From assembly GCA_951406725.2 (NCBI GenBank), contig OX597815.1, positions 99,448,001 through 99,512,000 of the forward strand: DNA of 64,000 nucleotides. Reading direction: 5' to 3'. Each line of letters starts with the position of its first letter. Positions within the stretch are counted from its first letter, which is position 1. The position numbers were made by a program, and so were the translations under genes. Origin of the DNA: Octopus vulgaris (lineage: Eukaryota). The notes beneath the pieces are model-generated. The model was not told the origin of the DNA, did not search any database, and worked only from the letters and a program-made list of their open reading frames with translations. Below, piece by piece: positions 58,501-64,000 of this stretch.

Positions 58501-58631
58501 GAATTCAAGGGTTCTTGGACAAAAAACAAGTAAAGTTACTGCTGAAATCTGTTTCTTTGGCTACTGACTGGCCGGAGCTATGGAAAGTACGTTTTGTCAC
58601 AACGTCTGCTCTGACACCCACACACCCACAC

Positions 58632-58715
<84 letters not shown>

Positions 58716-58716
<1 letters not shown>

Positions 58717-60008
58717 GAGGGACGTTCAATAAGTAATGCCTCTGACCCACTTGTATTTGGTTGATCTAGCTGAAATTTTGCATGTGCAATTATTTATATC
58801 TCTATAGATTAAGTGGCAAATTACAGCTCTGAATTAATTGTGGTTCCTGATTTACAGGTGTTTGAACACAGTCAAGTGTGAAATGGAGCCTGTTGAGTGT
58901 CGAGCAGTGATCCGGTTTTTGTATTTGAAAGGACGCACACCACGGGAGACTTTTGATGAAATGAAAGTACCTTATGGTGATGATGCCCCATCATATGACC
59001 TTGTAAAACGCAGGCATCGTGAATTCAAGCATGGTCGGAACTCTGTGGAAACAACTCCCAGATCTGGTTGCCCCCCTTCTGCCATTGATGAGGCATCTGT
59101 CCGTCAAGTTGAGGCTGCTATTTTGGAAGATCGACGCATAACTATTCGCCAAATAGCCCATGAGGTCAAGATTAGTACCGGGTCCGTGGAAAATATCATT
59201 CTTGACCATTTGCATATCCAAAAGTTGTCTGCCAGATGGATTCCCAGATTGCTCACACCTTTCCAGAAGCAAGAACGCGTCGAGTGCTCGAGGATGAATT
59301 TGGAGATGTGCCAAGAAGATGAGTCAAAATTTTTCAAAAGACTGATTACACAGGATGAAACCTGGGTCCATCACTATGATCCAGAGACCAAAGCTCAGTC
59401 AATGCAGTGGAAGCAACGTGACTCACCTCTTCCAAAGAAGGCAAGGGTGCAGCCCTCCGCTGGCAAGGTCGTGCTCAGAGTCTTCTAGGATCAGGGCGGA
59501 GTAGTGATGACAGAGTTCCTGGCAAGGGGCACCACAATTACAGGAGCCTATTATGCTTCACTTTTGAGGAATTTAAGAGAAGCTACCAAAATCAAGAGGC
59601 GGGGCAAGATCAGGAAAGGCATCCTCCTTCTGCAGGAAAACGCTCCGGTCCACAACTCGTGTGTCGCCAGATCAGAAGCACAGGCGTGCGGCTATGAACT
59701 CCTCCCCCACCCCCTCCTACTCTCCTGACCTTGCACCCTCTGATTTTCACCTCTTCCCAGCCATGAAGTTGTTTTTGAAAGGAAAGCGTTTCCCAGATGA
59801 TGCAGCCTTGATTTCTGAAGTCACGTCGTGATTGGAGGACCAAGCTGGGGTCTTCTACAAAAACGGTCTCCAGAGCTGCATCAAACGATGGGAAAATGCG
59901 TAACTCTGGGTGGTTCCTATGTAGAAAAAGACTAATAACTGTGCCAAGTTTCGTTGCTCTACTGCTATGGGAAGTGGGTTAGGGGCATTACTAATTGAAC
60001 GCCCCTTG
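58716..60008 (+). mobile_element. Full-length (~1.29 kb) mariner transposon
   Basis: TIRs CGAGGGACGTTCAATAAGTAATGCC and reverse complement CAAGGGGCGTTCAATTAGTAATGCC. The left end sits at TA of a (TA)n run and the right flank is TG. Confidence 0.95.
58883..59935 (+). pseudogene. Mariner (DD34D-type) transposase, inactivated
   Basis: WIPRLL, ITQDETWVHHYDPETK, LLQENAPVH and YSPDLAPSDFHLF motifs. It has a TAG at 59486-59488, a frameshift near 59710, and further lesions. Confidence 0.95.
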
Positions 60009-60011
60009 TGT

Positions 60012-60422
60012 AATACAAAATGGGACAAGAACGCAAAACATCCGGACAACTAAGTGATACAAAAAGGGACAACAAAACATCCAGATCGAAGATACAAAAA
60101 AGAAAAACAAGTACGGGTCATCGAAGCTTTCTATCCTTAGTCAAAAACCGGATCATCCTCGCAATTTCGGCTGATTTCTCGAGATTGCTCTAATCTGGCC
60201 AGCCGCAAGGAAAACTAAGCTTGGAAGAAAGCATCATATGTATAACAAGGACGGAAAAACAGACGATGTTACACAAATATAAATACAAAATGCAATAAAA
60301 ATAATAATAATAATAACAGGACATAACAATAGCTCTTAGCTTAGTTTTTCCTTGGGTGCTGGCCAGATTGGAGCAATCAATCACCTAGTTGTCCGGATGT
60401 TTTGCGTTCTTGTCCCATTTTG

Positions 60423-60426
<4 letters not shown>
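60012..60426. mobile_element. Fold-back element with A-x-B-loop-B'-A' layout
   Basis: AATACAAAATGGGACAAGAACGCAAAACATCCGGACAACTA is mirrored at about 60387-60426, and GATTGCTCTAATCTGGCCAGC..AAGGAAAACTAAGCT is mirrored at about 60338-60378. Confidence 0.8.
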
Positions 60427-60489
<63 letters not shown>

Positions 60490-60591
60490 GGAGTAAACAC
60501 ATAAATGTGAAACAAGGTGGAAAAAAGAGTACTCAAATACCAGTGGTAGAGTAATATGCTTTATTTTAAGCAGCAGAAAAATCAACAAAAT

Positions 60592-60629
60592 CTGTTACTC
60601 TGAGTTTCTCGTTGCCGTTCATCAGACAG
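60592..60629 (-). ncRNA. Minimal type I hammerhead ribozyme in the Penelope-like 3' UTR
   Basis: The minus strand reads CTGT-CTGATGA-a CG gcaa CG a-GAAA-CTC A GAG-TA-ACAG. Helix I is extendable (AAAAACTGT/ACAGATTTT) and the cleavage triplet is GUA. Confidence 0.75.
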
Positions 60630-61638
60630 TTTTTGCTAGAATGGAACATATATATTAATTCAATCTATACTCTTACAAACGCTACACCTTTAAAAAGAAA
60701 TGGACTTGTTTGATTGGCCCTTTAGAAAAAACGGTCAATCTTCGAGCGATAAACAAAAAGGTCAAAAATATATGTATATATATATAAACACTTATAAAAA
60801 TTATAAAATCCGAGGAAAATACCGAGGAAAAAACCTGTTGCCGTTAATGAAGACAGTACAAATTAATGCATAGAAATTAAACCTGTTATAAATACTGCAA
60901 TACATATTTATATTAAAATCCACATATATATATCAACATACACAAAAGGATGCGCGTAAACGCCATACATACATATACAGACGTATGAATATGAATCTAA
61001 ATTATACACATAAAAGCATGTGTACATATATTCACGCAAACCGTCTCGCACGCAAGCTAAAATTTATCTATGTAGCAATTCTCATATACTGAGCAAGGAG
61101 GGGGAACGAAAGAAAGGGAAAGAGAGAAAAAGGAACGGAGGAGGGGTGGGGGAAAAATTGTAGCGATGTTATTTGGCATCTATAGAGGCCTGTATACATA
61201 CACAAGTTTGAATTGATACATATACATACCGTCGTGTATATGTGTGCTTAAGCACAAGCATACTTTCACTCACACATACACAGATACGCATGCTTACAAA
61301 TACATATGCTTTGCTATACACAAACTTATATAAACATTCTAAATTTGACAACATTGCTTTTTTTATAAAAAAACATTGCTTTTAAAAAATGGGTGCATTA
61401 ATAAAAATATATACGAAAGACCTATAAAATAAAATATAACATCCTATTTTGGGTCATTTATAAATAATCAAGGTAATATAAATAATCAAGGTAATCTTAT
61501 GCAATACAATAACATGAAAACAAAGTTCGTAGGTTTTTCCTAATATATATGTAGAAACAATAAGACTTTGCTATAGGTCCGTTGTAGCGCTCAAGAGTCA
61601 AAATCAAAATCAAAAAATCAAAATACAAAATATATACT

Positions 61639-62034
61639 CTATCCATATGGTATATTTATATTCGACATTTTAAATTTAGCCTTGTGCCTACATAAGTTCA
61701 TTAATTCACTTCTTTGATTCAAAGAATTATTGTCTTTGAATAATATATGCATTTTTTCTAATAAGCAAAGCCTGCACTTGAAATTATATTTGTAAGCTCC
61801 ATGCCTGTATGGTGCCGCCCTGTCCAGAATGCTCCATGTCACGTTGAAAGGTGGGGCTTCCTTTTCTTTTAGTTCCCAGACATATTTTGCTAGGCTGGTT
61901 TTCTTTCTATTCTCTGGGTATTTAAAAGAATTCTTATGAGAATAAAATCTTGTTTTAAATGAATTTTCTGAAGCCCCTGTGTATGTCTTGTATTCCGATG
62001 AGCCTTCCACTTGCACCTTGGCTCTATAAACTAC
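61639..62034 (-). CDS. Inverted duplicate of the GIY-YIG endonuclease portion
   Basis: The translation is identical to the last ~125 aa of the plus-strand ORF. Confidence 0.85.
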   Translation of the reverse strand, partial: VVYRAKVQVEGSSEYKTYTGASENSFKTRFYSHKNSFKYPENRKKTSLAKYVWELKEKEAPPFNVTWSILDRAAPYRHGAYKYNFKCRLCLLEKMHILFKDNNSLNQRSELMNLCRHKAKFKMSNINIPYG

Positions 62035-63152
62035 ATGCAGGTCTATATAGGGATGACGGCCTTATAGCCACGCATAATCTAAACGGCCATGAATCAGATA
62101 GACTTAGGAAGGACCTTATAGCTTTCTTTCAAAGGATGGGCTTACGGATTACGATAGATACTAACCTGAATAGTGTAGATTTTTTAGACGTAAATTTTAA
62201 TGTAAGATCGGATAGATTTAAACCTTTCCGTAAGCCCAATGAAAAGCTATCGTATATTAGCAAAGATTCGAACCATCCACCAGTTATCCTTAGCAACTTA
62301 GTCAGCAATGTAGGTAGAAGAATATCTTCAATTTCTTCGGACGAGGCAGCATTCCATAATGCTGCACCTTATTACGATAGCGCATTAAAGAATAGTGGAT
62401 TCTCGGAGAAGATCCAGTTCAACCAGCTTAATGCTAATAATAATGCTGCACGAAGAACTAGGACTAGGAAAGTTTTGTGGTTCAACCCGGCTTTCAATTT
62501 GGCCGTAAAGACTAATATAGGTAAGGAATTTTTGAGATTAGTCTCTAAGCATTTTAGGCAGGGTCATAAATTCTACAGAATATTTAATAGAAGAACCCTG
62601 AAGGTTAGCTATTCTTGTTGCAGAAATTTCGCCTCTTACATTAGCCAACATAATAGGAAGCTAAATGAGATAAGACATGGTGCCGAGCCCATTAAGAAAT
62701 GTAATTGCAAAAACGAAAGCTCCTGTCCGTTAGAAGGGAAATGTCTAGTGAAAGGAGTAGTTTATAGAGCCAAGGTGCAAGTGGAAGGCTCATCGGAATA
62801 CAAGACATACACAGGGGCTTCAGAAAATTCATTTAAAACAAGATTTTATTCTCATAAGAATTCTTTTAAATACCCAGAGAATAGAAAGAAAACCAGCCTA
62901 GCAAAATATGTCTGGGAACTAAAAGAAAAGGAAGCCCCACCTTTCAACGTGACATGGAGCATTCTGGACAGGGCGGCACCATACAGGCATGGAGCTTACA
63001 AATATAATTTCAAGTGCAGGCTTTGCTTATTAGAAAAAATGCATATATTATTCAAAGACAATAATTCTTTGAATCAAAGAAGTGAATTAATGAACTTATG
63101 TAGGCACAAGGCTAAATTTAAAATGTCGAATATAAATATACCATATGGATAG
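62035..63152 (+). CDS. Penelope-like RT C-terminus, Cys-rich linker and GIY-YIG endonuclease (5' truncated, uninterrupted)
   Basis: GLYRDDGL (RT catalytic motif), VDFLDVNF, SNHPP, WFNP, CNCKNESSCPLEGKC, VVY-x13-YTG, FKTRFYSH and CRLCLLEK. The first ~25 aa of ORF 61959-63152 come from the inverted arm. Confidence 0.9.
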
Positions 63153-64000
63153 AGTATATATTTTGTATTTTGATTTTTTGATTTTGATTTTGACTCTTGA
63201 GCGCTACAACGGACCTATAGCAAAGTCTTATTGTTTCTACATATATATTAGGAAAAACCTACGAACTTTGTTTTCATGTTATTGTATTGCATAAGATTAC
63301 CTTGATTATTTATATTACCTTGACTAATTATAAATGACCCAAAATAGGATGTTATATATTATTTTATAGGTCTTTCGTATATATTTTTATTAATGCACCC
63401 ATTTTTTAAAAGCAATGTTTTTTTATAAAAAAAGCAATGTTGTCAAATTTAGAATGTTTATATAAGTTTGTGTATAGCAAAGCATATGTATTTGTAAGCA
63501 TGCGTATCTGTGTATGTGTGAGTGAAAGTATGCGTGTGCTTAAGCACACATATACACGACGGTATGTATATGTATCAATTCAAACTTGTGTATGTATACA
63601 GGCCTCTATAGATGCCAAATAACATCGCTACAATTTTTCCCCCACCCCTCCTCCGTTCCTTTTTCTCTCTTTCCCTTTCTTTCGTTCCCCCTCCTTGCTC
63701 AGTATATGAGAATTGCTACATAGATGAATTTTAGCTTGCGTGCGAGACGGTTTGCGTGAATATATGTACACATGCTTTTATGTGTATAATTTAGATTCAT
63801 ATTCATACGTCTGTATATGTATGTATGGCGTTTACGCGCATCCTTTTGTGTATGTTGATATATATATGTGGATTTTAATATAAATATGTATTGCAGTATT
63901 TATAACAGGTTTAATTTCTATGCATTAATTTGTACTGTCTTCATTAACGGCAACAGGTTTTTTCCTCGGTATTTTCCTCGGATTTTATAATTTTTATAAG

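Larger units (their letters stand above)
60487..64000 (+). mobile_element. Penelope-like retroelement (Hydra-clade-like), 5' truncated, with a long inverted copy of its 3' end; continues past the window
   Basis: 60791-62034 is the reverse complement of 62757-64000 apart from a few substitutions and homopolymer indels. It encodes RT plus GIY-YIG, has a hammerhead in the UTR, and its left end abuts (TA)n. Confidence 0.92.

Noticed and set aside
61959-62034. N-terminal 25 aa of the 397-aa ORF as a real start
   Set aside because: This is the antisense of the endonuclease region in the inverted arm, so the ORF is a chance fusion across the inversion junction.
62035-63152. Selenoprotein-type (Naiad-like) Penelope element
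   Set aside because: There is no in-frame TGA, and the endonuclease is C-terminal rather than N-terminal.

Overview
AT-rich, microsatellite-saturated animal DNA. It is most likely from an octopus, inferred from the tRNA-headed SINE families and the repeat landscape. I could not support any host protein-coding gene, and most of the supplied ORFs are translations of (TA)n, (TATG)n, (ATT)n, (CA)n or (GATA)n tracts. The recognisable content is transposable elements: (i) a young Penelope-like retroelement (RT C-terminus plus GIY-YIG, resembling the Hydra clade) arranged as a >3.5 kb near-perfect palindrome at 60.5-64 kb with a minimal hammerhead ribozyme in its 3' UTR; (ii) at least seven short fold-back elements and several more intact or decayed hammerhead motifs, mostly next to (TA)n, that look like non-autonomous Penelope-like 3' ends; (iii) a full-length but dead mariner; (iv) a deleted hAT element with TIRs and an 8-bp TSD; (v) an L1/Tx1-like LINE with a twin-priming-type inversion; (vi) CR1-, RTE- and RLE-type LINE relics and many SINEs. 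The most notable signal is the repeated combination of fold-back, hammerhead, one-sided 3' tail and (TA)n insertion site. All structures were read by eye, so boundaries are approximate.
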